Under the pieces are notes generated by a model. That model had not been told where the DNA came from. It saw only the letters and a list, made by a program, of their open reading frames with translations, and made no database searches. A stretch of DNA of 64,000 nucleotides from an uncultured Candidatus Rokubacteria bacterium (GTDB taxonomy: Bacteria; Methylomirabilota; Methylomirabilia; Rokubacteriales; DASRDR01): assembly GCA_963805625.1 (NCBI GenBank), contig CAWDVE010000019.1:32001-96000 (forward strand), in the 5' to 3' direction. Made by a program: the position numbers and the translations under genes. This document shows positions 1 to 11,526 of the stretch, in pieces. Position 1 is the first letter of the stretch, and each line of letters opens with the position of its first letter.

Positions 1-324
1 GTCCCGCCAGAAGCGGTAGATCTTCTCGGCCGGCTCGTCCATCGAGACCGCCCGCTCGACCTTGACGCCGAGATTGCCGCGACGACCTTGCTCGTCGGTG
101 GCGCGGTCGATGCTGAGCAGATGATAGACGGCGCAGAATCCCCGGAGACCGCGGTACAGGAGCGTGGCGCCTGTCGCCGCCAGGCCCAAGCCGGTGCGGG
201 ATCGACGCAGGAGCCCGAACACCACCAGCCCGGATCCCAGGGCAATCGAGGCGATCCGCTCGCCGTGTCCCACGTTCACCGATTGCGTCGCGGCCGGCTG
301 CTCAGCTTGCGAGAGAGTCTGCAT
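1..324 (-). CDS. SRPBCC/cyclase family protein with N-terminal DUF2892 (YgaP-like) membrane segment; runs off the window edge
   Basis: Not in the ORF track. Manual translation from ATG at 324 (RBS AAGGAG at 331-336): MQTLSQ..NVGHGERIASIALGSGL..GFCAVYHLL..GVKVERAVSMDEPAEKIYRFWRD. Confidence 0.8.
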   Translation of the reverse strand, partial: MQTLSQAEQPAATQSVNVGHGERIASIALGSGLVVFGLLRRSRTGLGLAATGATLLYRGLRGFCAVYHLLSIDRATDEQGRRGNLGVKVERAVSMDEPAEKIYRFWRD

Positions 325-839
325 GTCGGGCTCCTTGGGATGCCGGGCTAATCCGGCGAGGTGTTGCGAATGAAACGGTCGTACGCTCCGGCGGCGTAGC
401 CAGACCGCCCGCCTCACCTGGGAGCGGATGCGGTGGCTCATTCGGCGCTGGCTGCTCCCCGCGCGCTTTACTCATCCCTATTCCCCTGAGGTGACTTAGA
501 CGACAAGCGCCTTGCACTGGCGTGCGAATGTCGGGGGCAGGATCTCCACGGGTACCAGCGAGCGGGATTACCTGCACTGGACTCTTGCCTCAGGTGACAA
601 TGTTAGCGACCGCCTCCCACACGCCCTACCGACCTTCGGGGACCGCCGCCCGCGCCAGACCGGGGTAGCGATCCGAAAGATGGCTATGCTCCGAGCAAGA
701 AGGGTGCCTTGCGCTCATCTGCGGGACTGTTCGGCGTTGGGCGCTACCCCGGCTGCTCGCGATACAACCGCACCGCCCGCCTCAGTCCCTGCGGCGGCCA
801 TCTTGGCGCGGCGACGCCACAATGTCTGCTTCAGCGTCG

Positions 840-1547
840 CTACGGCGTCGGTTGGATGGTCAACTCGCCCGTCGAACGCAGCGTGATGGCGTAGATGCGG
901 TCCTTCCTGAGCCGTGTCGAGACGGCCTCGCCGTGGAGGGCTCGGACCCCGCGCTCGCGGGCCGCCTCCGGATCGTTGGCCAACTCCCAGAAGCGTGCCC
1001 AGAGCTCGCGCTCGAACGCCGTCGGCGCGCGCTCGGCGGCGTAGCTCTGCGGCATCTGTCCCTCTCGATCCAGCACGTCTCCGTCCGCGGGCCGGCGACG
1101 GTCGGTAAAGATCCGCCGGAAGAGCAGCAGTGCCTTGCCCTTGAGCGCGTCGCCAGCGGTCACGAATGTGTCCTCGAACTTGATGACGAGCGCGTCGACA
1201 TAGACCTCGTCGCCGTCAAGCAAGAGCTCCCGGGGCTCGCCGACGGGGTTGCCCTGGGCGTCGAGCTCGGTGAACCGGACGCGTGTCCGGACGTGCCCCT
1301 CAGGGCCCGGCGCTTGATCCAGCACGACGAGACGGGCGCGTCGCTCCGTGTGTCGGAGAAGCCGGACGGCGGCCTCGAGGGCCTGGTTCCGCTCCGTGAG
1401 TTGGCGGATCTGGGCGTCACGCTCGGCCAGCTGCCGCTGCAGCGCCCGTCCCGGGGCCAGGACCATTCGGTCCGCCAGATAGACGCTTCCCGTGGCCGCG
1501 GCGACGAGCAACAGCATCCAGAGGTGCCACGGCCGGGGTCCGCTCAT
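840..1547 (-). CDS. conserved hypothetical membrane-anchored protein
   Basis: 235 aa; N-terminal TM, short coiled coil, globular domain (GDEVYVDALVIKF); typical codon usage. Confidence 0.75.
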   Translation of the reverse strand: MSGPRPWHLWMLLLVAAATGSVYLADRMVLAPGRALQRQLAERDAQIRQLTERNQALEAAVRLLRHTERRARLVVLDQAPGPEGHVRTRVRFTELDAQGNPVGEPRELLLDGDEVYVDALVIKFEDTFVTAGDALKGKALLLFRRIFTDRRRPADGDVLDREGQMPQSYAAERAPTAFERELWARFWELANDPEAARERGVRALHGEAVSTRLRKDRIYAITLRSTGELTIQPTP

Positions 1548-1904
1548 TGCGATGGTGCGTCCGTCGACCCGGTCATGGCGGACCCGGCGATGGACCTCAC
1601 TTGTCTGGCCATCATGATGGGATGGTACCCCAGGCGAGCGTCATCTCTCACCGTCGGAGTTGCCGGAGGTGGGCCCATCCCAGCTCGCACGACGCCAAGA
1701 GAGCCCCGAGGTCTTGGTGAAGTCGGCCCATCGCGGCGTCGAGTGTCCAGCCGGCGTACGGGCTCATGGCGGCGCGGGTCACCCACCCGACGACTGGGTC
1801 CGCTCCCCGACGTCAGCCAGGAGAGCTGTCCGGCGGCCAGCCGCAACGTGCTGGGCATACGGCGGCGCGCGAGGGGAGGTCGTTCTTCTAGCAGATCAGC
1901 GGGT

Positions 1905-2819
1905 TCAGGGCGCAAGCGGATTCAATACGTGCCACCACAGGGGTAGCGTGAGAAACGACAGCGGGATTCCGATGCCCACCATCAGCGTGACGAGCGCCGG
2001 GTCGAGGTCATGGTCGACGGCGACGATCGCCGCGCCGATCTGGGGCGCCATCGCTGCCTCGAAAATCGTGATCTGGATGGTCTCTCCGCGCGCGCCGAAG
2101 AGGCCGGCGAAGAGCAGCGCCACCACCGCCGGTCCGGCCACGAGCTTGAACCCGAGCCCCATTCCTAGCTCGCGCAGCTTTCCGCCAACGGCGCTCCATT
2201 GAATTTGGTAGCCGACGGAGACGAGCGCCAGAGGCACGAGCGTCGCCCCCAGCCGTCGCAACAGCGCGTCGAACCAGGCCGGGTATGCGACCGGAATCAG
2301 GAGGAGTGCAACGACGAGCGCGACGAAGGGCGCGAAGGTCAGCAATCTTCGGATCACCGACCGCGCGCTGATTCCCGCTCCGTGTCCAAACAGCGCCGCC
2401 ACCAGGAGCCCGACGGTCGACAGCACCAGATAGGTACCCATCTGGTCGATCAGGATGCCCAGGCCGAGTCCCTGTGGGCCGTAATACGTCTCGATCATCG
2501 GGAGCCCGATGAACGAAGTGTTGGCGAGTGACCCCGTCAGGATGAGGGCTCCGACGGTTTCTCTGGGCAGTGCGAACACGCGCCCGAGCCCCCGGAACAC
2601 GAGGAATCCGACGCCGAACATGACCCACGCCATAGCGATCGGGAACAGAAGCCCAGCGTCGACTCGAAGGGCATGAACGTAGAGTAGGGTCAACGCCGGG
2701 AGCGAGATGTGAATCACGAATCCGTTCAGGGCGGCGTGCGCATTCGCGGGAAGGCGACCGCTTCGCCGCAGCAGCATGCCGATGAGAAAGCATGCGACCA
2801 ACAGGATGAAGTTGTTCAC
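1905..2819 (-). CDS. AEC family (auxin efflux carrier/malate permease-like) transporter
   Basis: 304 aa, about 10 TM; motifs LNGFVIHISLPAL and NTSFIGLP. Confidence 0.9.
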   Translation of the reverse strand: MNNFILLVACFLIGMLLRRSGRLPANAHAALNGFVIHISLPALTLLYVHALRVDAGLLFPIAMAWVMFGVGFLVFRGLGRVFALPRETVGALILTGSLANTSFIGLPMIETYYGPQGLGLGILIDQMGTYLVLSTVGLLVAALFGHGAGISARSVIRRLLTFAPFVALVVALLLIPVAYPAWFDALLRRLGATLVPLALVSVGYQIQWSAVGGKLRELGMGLGFKLVAGPAVVALLFAGLFGARGETIQITIFEAAMAPQIGAAIVAVDHDLDPALVTLMVGIGIPLSFLTLPLWWHVLNPLAP

Positions 2820-2972
2820 GTCCGCCGTCCTCCTCGTCGCCGACGCAGACGTACCACCGGCGACGCCTTGCCGCGTTTCACCTGCCGGCGTATCTTAAGA
2901 ACCTCGGCGACTTGGGTCCACACGACTGCTCTTGGGCAACCCGACCCGTGGAGACGAGATAGGGACAGGACG

Positions 2973-3461
2973 ATGGTGAAGTCCACGACCGATAGCGTGG
3001 CAGCATTCGTCCGGCCGGCGAGGGGCGACAAGAGCGGAGAAGTATTAGTCATCTCTGGCTGGCGTCCGGCGGACTGGGAGACGTTGTTCTCCTATGCCCA
3101 GCGGGTGCATGTCCGGCGCGGACACGTCCTCATCAGGAAGCAGGCGTCCGAACGGGCGCTCTTCTTCCTCGCGTCCGGCCTCCTCGAAGTCACGGCTGTC
3201 CTGAGCAGCCATAGTCTCGAGGCGATCGCGCAAGTTCACCCCGGCTCGGTGGTGGGAGAGCTCGCGTTTCTGGACGGCATGCCCCGATCAGCGAAGGTCT
3301 GGGCTGTGACCGACAGTGACCTCTACCGACTCGACTTCGTTGACTACCAGCGCTTCGCCGCCGACCACCCGCGACAGACGTGCGACCTGCTCTTCGCGAT
3401 CGGTCGCGTGGTGGCGCTACGTCTCCGACACACCCGGACACGTCTGTCGCAGAGTTCGTGA
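2973..3461 (+). CDS. stand-alone cyclic nucleotide-binding domain protein
   Basis: GELAFLDGMPRSAKV phosphate-binding cassette; start moved to ATG 2973. Confidence 0.85.
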   Translation: MVKSTTDSVAAFVRPARGDKSGEVLVISGWRPADWETLFSYAQRVHVRRGHVLIRKQASERALFFLASGLLEVTAVLSSHSLEAIAQVHPGSVVGELAFLDGMPRSAKVWAVTDSDLYRLDFVDYQRFAADHPRQTCDLLFAIGRVVALRLRHTRTRLSQSS

Positions 3462-3668
3462 GGCGCGTGTAACAGGGTCTGTCCTGGGTGGTTGGAGCGG
3501 TGCCGCCACGGGGATAGTCGACTATAGAGCCCTTCTGTGCCATTTCCCCATGCCAACAGCAGGCTACTAGGGCACCAGACGGCGGGGGAATGCGCCCCGC
3601 CGTTGGCCGAGGCCGCGTGGGCGGTGGTGGAGCCGGCGTAGACGTGCTGGCACACTTAAGCGGCTCGT

Positions 3669-4358
3669 CTACTGTACGCGGAACGTCGTCGTCTGCGACG
3701 CTCGGCGGTCGCCCATCGCGACCGTCGTCGTGACCTCGTACGGCCCCCGGGCCGCGGTCGCGGGAAGGGTGATGGGTAGTGAGGTCGTGTAGGTGCCGTT
3801 CGTCCGCGCCACGTTGGTCGTCGGGTTGGCTACCAGCTCGCCGAGATAGCGCACCTCGCGCGTCTCCCGGACCTCGAGCCACTGGTCGGGCGGCGTCAGC
3901 ACCGTGTACGTAGCGCCGAGGTTCACCGTGCCGCCGGGAGGAACGACGGCCGGGACCATCTGGACTCGATCCATCCGGACCCCCGGTCCATCGTCCGGCC
4001 GGTACACCGGTGACGGCTGGCTCGGGGCCGGTGAGGTGCTCGGCGCGGGGGCGCTCGCGACCTGCGTTGCCGCGTCGTCGCGGCGCTCGATGTAGTTCCC
4101 GATCGCGCCGCCAGCCAGCCCTCCCAAGAGGCCGCCGATGACCGCCCCCTTCGTGCCCCCCGCCAAGCCTCCCACGACTGCTCCCCCGACCGCACCGGCA
4201 CCGGCGCCCACAACGGTTCCGGGATGTTGCTGGACGGTCTCGCTGGCCACCTCTCCCGGGTTCTTCCCCGTCTGGGTCGTCTGGCAGCCCGCAAGGCCGC
4301 CCGCGAGGATTGCGACCGAGACGATCGCTCGCGTCGTGCCCATGCGCATCGCGCTCAT
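3669..4358 (-). CDS. glycine-zipper lipoprotein with C-terminal beta-rich domain
   Basis: Lipobox LAGC; GAGAGAVGGAVVGG..GGLLGGLAGGAIG zipper; start uncertain (4358 or 4406). Confidence 0.8.
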   Translation of the reverse strand: MSAMRMGTTRAIVSVAILAGGLAGCQTTQTGKNPGEVASETVQQHPGTVVGAGAGAVGGAVVGGLAGGTKGAVIGGLLGGLAGGAIGNYIERRDDAATQVASAPAPSTSPAPSQPSPVYRPDDGPGVRMDRVQMVPAVVPPGGTVNLGATYTVLTPPDQWLEVRETREVRYLGELVANPTTNVARTNGTYTTSLPITLPATAARGPYEVTTTVAMGDRRASQTTTFRVQ

Positions 4359-4512
4359 GCCTGCCTCCCGCTTCCCCGCCGCGTGGCCGCGCCATCCTGC
4401 CGCCATGCCGTCACGATGACGGGCCCGCAGCGTGACTGTCGCCGTAAGGTTTCGCCGCCGAAGACCCGAGCGTCCTCACCATCAGGTCTCGAGCATTCCC
4501 GGAGATCGGTGA

Positions 4513-4528
4513 GGCAAGTGCCGTGCCA
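4513..4528 (-). promoter_or_regulatory. sigma-54 -24/-12 promoter
   Basis: TGGCACGGCACTTGCC on the minus strand, upstream of the glycine-zipper lipoprotein. Confidence 0.7.
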
Positions 4529-4649
4529 GGCCCCTCGCGCGACCGAGAGGAGAGGACGCGCCTCGACGAACGGTTTGGCTTGACCTCACTCGACCCGGAG
4601 TTCAACCTTGCGCATAAGGCCACCTCGCGGTGGTAAGGAAGGAGCGGGC

Positions 4650-5369
4650 ATGCGTCGAGTCTCCGCCGCCCTGTGTCTGGCGCTCGTCGCCCTTGGAGGC
4701 TGCGTCAGCTCGTCCCCGCGGGCAGGCTCGCGCCGGTCGCTTCCCCTCGCGCATGATGGGCAGATCGTGGTCGTGACGTCCGGGGAAAGCAGGTTCAGCG
4801 TCATGCATGAGGGCAACGCGCAGCTCGATCCCACTCTGGACGACGTTCTCAGGTGGGTCCCGTATGGTGCGCTCTGGCGAGCGGTCGCCCAGCTGGCCGT
4901 GTCAGGCGTGAACGAGCTGAGCGAGGCGGAGCGTCGAGCGGCCACGGCGCCACACGTGCGAGGGCTCGCCCCGCGGACCGTCGTGGCCGAGGCCTTCGCG
5001 CGCGCGCTCGTGGGGAGCGGGGGAATTCGAGAGGTTCGCACGCTGGACACGGAGCCCCTCGGCGCCGACCGCCGTGGCGCCGTCGCGATCGTGCGCCTCG
5101 CGGTCCCGCGCTGGGGTCTCCTGCGAGTGCTGGAGGGCAAGCCGGACCTCGTGGCCGCCTTTGCCGACGTCAGCGCCCAGGCGGTGGTGCCTGAGACGGG
5201 CGCCGTCCTGTGGGAGCACGAAGAGGACGTTACGCATCCGGATCGACTTCCGCTCGACGCCTTCACCCGCGACCGCCAGTTCACGCGGCAGGGTATCGTC
5301 GACGTACTCGAGCGCGCCGGCCGACGTCTGGCCGCCGAGTACCTGTACGCCAAGATGCCGGGCCGATGA
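4650..5369 (+). CDS. putative lipoprotein
   Basis: Lipobox LGGC, RBS AAGGAG, ATGA overlap with the next gene. Confidence 0.75.
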   Translation: MRRVSAALCLALVALGGCVSSSPRAGSRRSLPLAHDGQIVVVTSGESRFSVMHEGNAQLDPTLDDVLRWVPYGALWRAVAQLAVSGVNELSEAERRAATAPHVRGLAPRTVVAEAFARALVGSGGIREVRTLDTEPLGADRRGAVAIVRLAVPRWGLLRVLEGKPDLVAAFADVSAQAVVPETGAVLWEHEEDVTHPDRLPLDAFTRDRQFTRQGIVDVLERAGRRLAAEYLYAKMPGR

Positions 5370-5953
5370 GCGGCGGCTGGCCGCTGCGATTCCTGGTCGT
5401 CCTTGCCGTCCTGGCCGCGGTCGGCGGATGCGGTTCCGCGCTCGACGTGCGATACCCCGAGACTGCCGCGAATCCCGCGCTCCTGTCGTCAATCCCGCCG
5501 CGACGGATCGTGATCGGACCGGTGACCGACCGGCGCGCGGACCGAACGCGCATCGGCGTCAGGCCGGCGTCCCAGGACGCGATCGTGACGCGGCGGCCGG
5601 TGGAGGAGATCGTGCGAGAGGCGCTCGCCGTCGAACTCGTAAAGAATGGGCACGCGGTAGACGGTAGCCCCGGCGACCTCGTGGTCGCCGCCGACGTGGA
5701 GGACTTCTGGCTCGACGCGGCGCGGCGGCGGGCGGCGACGCAATACGTCGGGCGCGTGGTCATTGCGCTCGCCGTGGCCGACGCGCATTCCGGCGGCCGG
5801 CTGTTGACGCGTCGCTACATCGGGATCAAGCGGCGAGAGGCCGACGCGGACGCCGAGGGCGCCTGGCGCGAGGTCATGGACGCCGCGCTCGCCCGAGCGA
5901 TCCGCGACATGGCGACCGATCCCGACCTGGTTGCCGCGCTCGCTCGCCGCTGA
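5366..5953 (+). CDS. YajG-like lipoprotein
   Basis: Lipobox VGGC; V-x-D-x-R..IG motif; translationally coupled to the upstream gene. Confidence 0.65.
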   Translation: MSGGWPLRFLVVLAVLAAVGGCGSALDVRYPETAANPALLSSIPPRRIVIGPVTDRRADRTRIGVRPASQDAIVTRRPVEEIVREALAVELVKNGHAVDGSPGDLVVAADVEDFWLDAARRRAATQYVGRVVIALAVADAHSGGRLLTRRYIGIKRREADADAEGAWREVMDAALARAIRDMATDPDLVAALARR

Positions 5954-6065
5954 GCCGACCGGCTCCGCCGGGACCATCGACTCGCGCGAATCCGATGAGC
6001 TGGCGGCGCCGGCAGCGGAGGATAGTCGACAGCCCTTCGCGGTCGTTTCCTCAGGAGGCTGGCGG

Positions 6066-6490
6066 ATGAAGGCAGCCTTGGCGCGCCGGCGGGACCGGCG
6101 CATGACCGGGCGCGCGCAACTCGCCATCGACGCCGACCGGCCGGTGCGTCACACGGTCGAGGTCCGGCACGCGAGTTTCGTGAATGACGAATTCCGGTGC
6201 CTCGCGACGCGGCACAGCGTCGCGGTCGTGGTCGCGGACACTGCGGGCAAGTGGCCGATGATCCTCGACGCCGCCTCGGACTTCGTCTACACGCGGCTTC
6301 ACGGCGACGTCCGGATCTACACGAGCGGCTACTCGGAACGGGCCCTCCTGGGCTGGGCGCGACGCATCCGACGCTGGGCTCGGGACGGGCGCGACGTCTA
6401 CGTGTACTTCGGCAACGACATCGAGGTGAGGGCGCCGTTTGACGCGCTCGGCCTGATGCGCCTGCCTGGTCTCGAGTGGCCTCCGCGCGC
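6066..6490 (+). pseudogene. DUF72 family protein, C-terminal half only
   Basis: EVRHASF, VVADTAGKWP, FVYTRLHG, VYVYFGND..APFDA; N-terminal half absent and no native stop. Confidence 0.75.
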
Positions 6491-6660
6491 TGGCGGCGGG
6501 GAAGAGTCCGACCTGCCGCGACATGCGGCGGGCGCGCCCGTCCCGCGCGTGCCGGACGGGCATGGCCCCCGGGTTACCGGCGGGCGCGTGTGGGAGGTTC
6601 TGCGAAGAGCGGGAGTCACCGGCCCGGCGGGCCGACGGCTGACGCGCCGCACGACCGCGG

Positions 6661-8388
6661 TCACGCGCCGGCCGGCCGGACGACTCGCCGGAACTCGTGG
6701 ACGGGCAGGGTGTTCAGCACGTCCCGCGCCGTCAGGAGGCCCCGCCGCGCCATGTCGATCCCGTAGCGGAGATGCCGGAGCTCGGCGGTCGAGTGCGCGT
6801 CCGTCGATACGACGAAGCGCAGGCCGCGCCGGAGCGCCTCGTGCTGCCAGCGTGGCTCCATGTCGAGACGGTGCGGGTTCCCGTTCACCTCGATCGCGAC
6901 CCGGGACTCGGCGGCGGCCTCCAGTACGTCCTCCATCCGGCAGGGGATGGGCGGGCGGCGCAGGACGTAGCGGCCAAGCGCGTGGCCCCAGATTTTGAAG
7001 CACGGATGACGCATCGCCCGGACGAGCCGGCGGGTCATCTGCGCCTCGTCCATCCGGTGGCGGTTGTGAATGCTCGCGATGACGACGTCCAGCTGCTCCA
7101 GGACCGCGTCGGGATAGTCCAGCCGGCCGTCGGCGAGGATGTCGCACTCCGTGCCTCGGAGGATCGTCAGGCCCTCGATGTGCTCCTGCACCTTCGCGAT
7201 CTCGTCCCACTGCCGTCGCAGGCGCTCCACGGTGAGGCCGCCGGCGTACGAGGCAGTCGGCGAGTGGTCGGTGAGGGTCATGTAGCGCATGCCCATCGCC
7301 CGGGCCGCCCGGGCCATGGTCTCGATCGTCTCGGCGCCGTCAGAGTACAGGGAGTGGCAGTGCACCATGCCCTGGATGTCGGATGCCTGGATGAGCCCGC
7401 TGGCCCGGCATCGCGCTGCTGCCGTCTCGAGGTCGACCCAGTCCTCCCGCACTTCCGGCGGAAGGTACGGAAGGTCCAGGTGCCGGTAGAGGTCCGCCTC
7501 GCTCTTGATCGGCGGCCGGCGGCCGTCTGTAGCCCGGGCGAGGCCGGCGCGGTCCAGCACGAAGCCGAGTTCGCGCGCGTGCTCGCCGAGCCGCGCCAGG
7601 TGGCCCTCCGAGCCGGTGAGCGCGTGGAGAAGCGCCGGGAACGCGGGCGGCGCCACGGCCTCCGCCTCGACCAGGAGGCCGCTCGCGACGCGGAACGTCA
7701 CGCGCTCGTCGGTCCGCACGAGGGGGGAGAAGGCGGCCGGGTACGCCGCGGCGTGGTCGAGGGCCCGCGCCGGCTGGTCGGAGCTCACGATGACGACCAG
7801 GCGGTCGACCGTCTCCGCGCGCCGGCGCAAGGCCCCCGCGAGCTCCGCGTGGAACACGTCCGCCCCGACCTGGACATGGGCCAAGAGCGCGTCCCCTTCC
7901 GCCGTCGCGCGATGGAGGAGCATCTGCTCCCCGTGCGCCGCGCGCTCGCGGAGCGCGGCTAGGAGCTTCGCCTCCGTCTTCGCGCCGAAGCCCGGGACGT
8001 TCCGCACGCGACCGGCCTCGAGAGCCCCTTCGAGATCCTCGACGGACGCGATCCCGAGCGCATGGTGGAGCGCCGCGATCCGTGGGACGCTCAGGCCCGG
8101 AACCTGGCTCAGCTCCAGTACGCCGGGCGGCAGCGCGGCGCGGAGCCGATCGAGCTGCTCGTTCCGCCCCGTCAGGTGGAGCTCGCGGATCGTCCCGGCC
8201 AGCGCCGCGCCGACGCCGGGGAGCTCGGTCAGTCGACCTTGGGACACGAGTAGCCTGAGGTCCGCTCCCAGCGCCTCCAGCGCCCGCGCGCCGCGCTCGT
8301 ACGCGCGCGCCTTGAACGGATTCCCGCCCTGGAGCTCCAGCAAGCGGCCGATCTCGCGCAGGGCTCGCGCGATCGCCAGGCGGTCCAT
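6661..8388 (-). CDS. polX: PolX-PHP (family X DNA polymerase/3'-5' exonuclease) with altered polymerase active site
   Basis: NPFKARAY, HhH motifs, [15 protein letters not shown]; PHP motifs HCH, TDHS, GTECDI, SIH, STDAH. Confidence 0.92.
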   Translation of the reverse strand: MDRLAIARALREIGRLLELQGGNPFKARAYERGARALEALGADLRLLVSQGRLTELPGVGAALAGTIRELHLTGRNEQLDRLRAALPPGVLELSQVPGLSVPRIAALHHALGIASVEDLEGALEAGRVRNVPGFGAKTEAKLLAALRERAAHGEQMLLHRATAEGDALLAHVQVGADVFHAELAGALRRRAETVDRLVVIVSSDQPARALDHAAAYPAAFSPLVRTDERVTFRVASGLLVEAEAVAPPAFPALLHALTGSEGHLARLGEHARELGFVLDRAGLARATDGRRPPIKSEADLYRHLDLPYLPPEVREDWVDLETAAARCRASGLIQASDIQGMVHCHSLYSDGAETIETMARAARAMGMRYMTLTDHSPTASYAGGLTVERLRRQWDEIAKVQEHIEGLTILRGTECDILADGRLDYPDAVLEQLDVVIASIHNRHRMDEAQMTRRLVRAMRHPCFKIWGHALGRYVLRRPPIPCRMEDVLEAAAESRVAIEVNGNPHRLDMEPRWQHEALRRGLRFVVSTDAHSTAELRHLRYGIDMARRGLLTARDVLNTLPVHEFRRVVRPAGA

Positions 8389-8449
8389 GCTTCGAGAGTA
8401 ACCCTTGTGCCGCTTCGGAGCATCGTCGCGGAGCGGGGAATCGGGGGCC

Positions 8450-8465
8450 TGGCACTGGCATTGCT
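8450..8465 (+). promoter_or_regulatory. sigma-54 -24/-12 promoter
   Basis: TGGCACTGGCATTGCT. Confidence 0.6.
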
Positions 8466-8679
8466 TGACTTAGGAAGGAGACAGGCCTACGGCTTCCACA
8501 AGCGCGCGTGGGTGAGTGAGCGTGGCCGGGGCCGAGAGGCGAGACTGCGGCCGCGTCGGCGATGCGACTGCGGGAAGAGGCGCCGTCGCCGGCGGCGGCA
8601 AGCGACAGGGTCCGCCGTCTGTCACGCTGACGTGACCATGGGAGGAGATGTGAGCGGGGAATTCCACGCGCGCGTCGCG

Positions 8680-9540
<861 letters not shown>

Positions 9541-9549
9541 GCTAGGGCG

Positions 9550-11205
9550 TCAGAACGACGTGCGATTGAGCGTGTTGTCCGGAGCGCCGATGCGGTACCA
9601 GCGATGGCCGTACGGACCGAGAGTCAGCTCGTGGGTGCCGTTCTCGGACCGGCTGTGGGTCTCGTCGAAGACGTCCACCAGGAGCCCGCTGTTGTCCGAC
9701 TTGGGATCGAGGGCCACGGTCTGTCGGCGGCTCGAGAAGTTGTGCAGGGTCAGCATGGAGACGCCGCGGAAGTCGTAGCGGATCGCCAGCACCTCGGGGA
9801 CGTTGACCCGCAACACCGAAAAATCGCCCCATCCGAGCTCGGGACACTCCTTGCGCATGCGGATGCGCCGCTCGGTCCAGTTCAGCAGGGACTCCGGCTC
9901 GCGACGCTGCTGCGACACGTTGACCTTCTCGTACCCGTACGTGGCGTCGTCGATGACGGGACGCACGGTGCGCTCGGCGCGCGAGAAACCGGCGTGCGGC
10001 TCGTTCGTCCACTGCATGGGGGTCCGGGCGCACTCGCGCTCGTCCATCGTGAGGTCGTCGCCCATGCCGATCTCGTCGCCGTACTGCATCATCGGCGTGC
10101 CCGGCAGCGAGAAGAGCAAGCTGAACGCGAGCTCGAGCCGGCGGCGGTCGTTCTTGAGCATCGGCGCGAGCCGGCGCCGGATGCCGCGGTCATAGAGCTG
10201 CATGGACTTGTCCGGCGCGAACGCCGCGAAGACCGTGGCGCGCTGCTCCGGTGACAACCGGCCGAGGTCGAGCTCGTCGTGCGAGCGGAGGAAGTGGACC
10301 CACTGGGCCGCGGGCGGCTTCTTCGCCGTCTGCTGGAGCGCCCACGTGAGCGGCCCGATGTCTTCGCTCGCCAGCGCGTAGAACAGGCGCTGGTTGACGG
10401 GGAAGTTCAGCATGAGCTGGAGTCGGTCTCCCTCGTTGCCGAAGTACGCGATGCTCTCGTCCGGCGGGACGTTCGCCTCGGCCAGCAGCACGGCATCACG
10501 GCACCGCCACTGGAGGAACTGCCTGAGCTCGTGGAGAAGGTTGAAATCGCGCTCCTCCGGGACGTCGGCGCCCTTTCTCGAGATGATGAACGGCACCGCG
10601 TCCATGCGGAACCCCGAGATCCCGAGCTCGAGCCAGTAGCCCATGATCTTGGTCATCTCGTGCCGCACGGACGGATGGTAGGTGTTCAGGTCCGGCTGAT
10701 GATCGTAGAACCGGTGGAAGTACCACATGCCCGCGGTGCTGTCGAATGTCCACGTGGTCTTCTGGGTGCCCGGAAACACCATGCCCTTGTCGTAGTCTTT
10801 CGGCCGATCGTCGGCCCAGACGTACCAGTCGCGGAACCGCGACTGTGGGTCGCTGCGCGCCGACTGGAACCAAGGATGCACATCCGAGGTGTGGTTGACG
10901 ACCAGATCGACGATCACCCGCAGCCCGAGCGCCTTTGCATGGTTCATGAACTCCACGAAGTCCCCGGGGGAGCCGTGCTTCGGGTGCACGCCGTAGAAGT
11001 CGCTGATGTCGTAGCCGTTGTCGCGGTTCGGTGAGGGGTAGAACGGCTGGAGCCAGAGGCAGGTGACGCCCAGCCCGGCCAGGTACTCGAGGCGGCGGTG
11101 GAGCCCCTCGAAGTCTCCCGTCCCATCGCCGTTCGCGTCCATGTACTTCTCGACGTCCAGGCAATAGACGATCGCGTTCTTGTACCAGAGGTCGTGGACC
11201 GCCAC
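9550..11205 (-). CDS. treS: GH13 alpha-amylase family protein, trehalose synthase (TreS)-like
   Basis: WYKNAIVY, DNGYDISDFY, DLVVNHTS, GFRMDAVP, LLAEAN, RSHDELDL. Confidence 0.85.
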   Translation of the reverse strand: MAVHDLWYKNAIVYCLDVEKYMDANGDGTGDFEGLHRRLEYLAGLGVTCLWLQPFYPSPNRDNGYDISDFYGVHPKHGSPGDFVEFMNHAKALGLRVIVDLVVNHTSDVHPWFQSARSDPQSRFRDWYVWADDRPKDYDKGMVFPGTQKTTWTFDSTAGMWYFHRFYDHQPDLNTYHPSVRHEMTKIMGYWLELGISGFRMDAVPFIISRKGADVPEERDFNLLHELRQFLQWRCRDAVLLAEANVPPDESIAYFGNEGDRLQLMLNFPVNQRLFYALASEDIGPLTWALQQTAKKPPAAQWVHFLRSHDELDLGRLSPEQRATVFAAFAPDKSMQLYDRGIRRRLAPMLKNDRRRLELAFSLLFSLPGTPMMQYGDEIGMGDDLTMDERECARTPMQWTNEPHAGFSRAERTVRPVIDDATYGYEKVNVSQQRREPESLLNWTERRIRMRKECPELGWGDFSVLRVNVPEVLAIRYDFRGVSMLTLHNFSSRRQTVALDPKSDNSGLLVDVFDETHSRSENGTHELTLGPYGHRWYRIGAPDNTLNRTSF

Positions 11206-11329
11206 GCTACAGTCCCTCGGCGCGGACAGTGTCGCGCGGCCGGACGTCGCCGTACGTGAAACCGGGCCCGGATGGGCTCACGGCGTGCCGGGGCGCCAGG
11301 CGCGAGCGAGCATCCATGTCCTGGCGTGG

Positions 11330-11345
11330 TGCAAGGCGTGTGCCG
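11330..11345 (-). promoter_or_regulatory. sigma-54 -24/-12 promoter
   Basis: CGGCACACGCCTTGCA on the minus strand, upstream of the treS-like gene. Confidence 0.65.
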
Positions 11346-11526
11346 CGCGTCGGGTGGCCGCTGGTCCGTCGCCGCCGTTGGCCGGCCACCGGACGGCATG
11401 TCGCATTCGCGCCAGCCTGACGCTGTTGGCGATGGGTACCAAGGAAGGGCGGGACGTGCTCGAGCTATCCTCGAGGCTGGCGAGGCAGGGCATCGTTGTC
11501 CAGAACCATGTGGATGCGGAGGGCAC

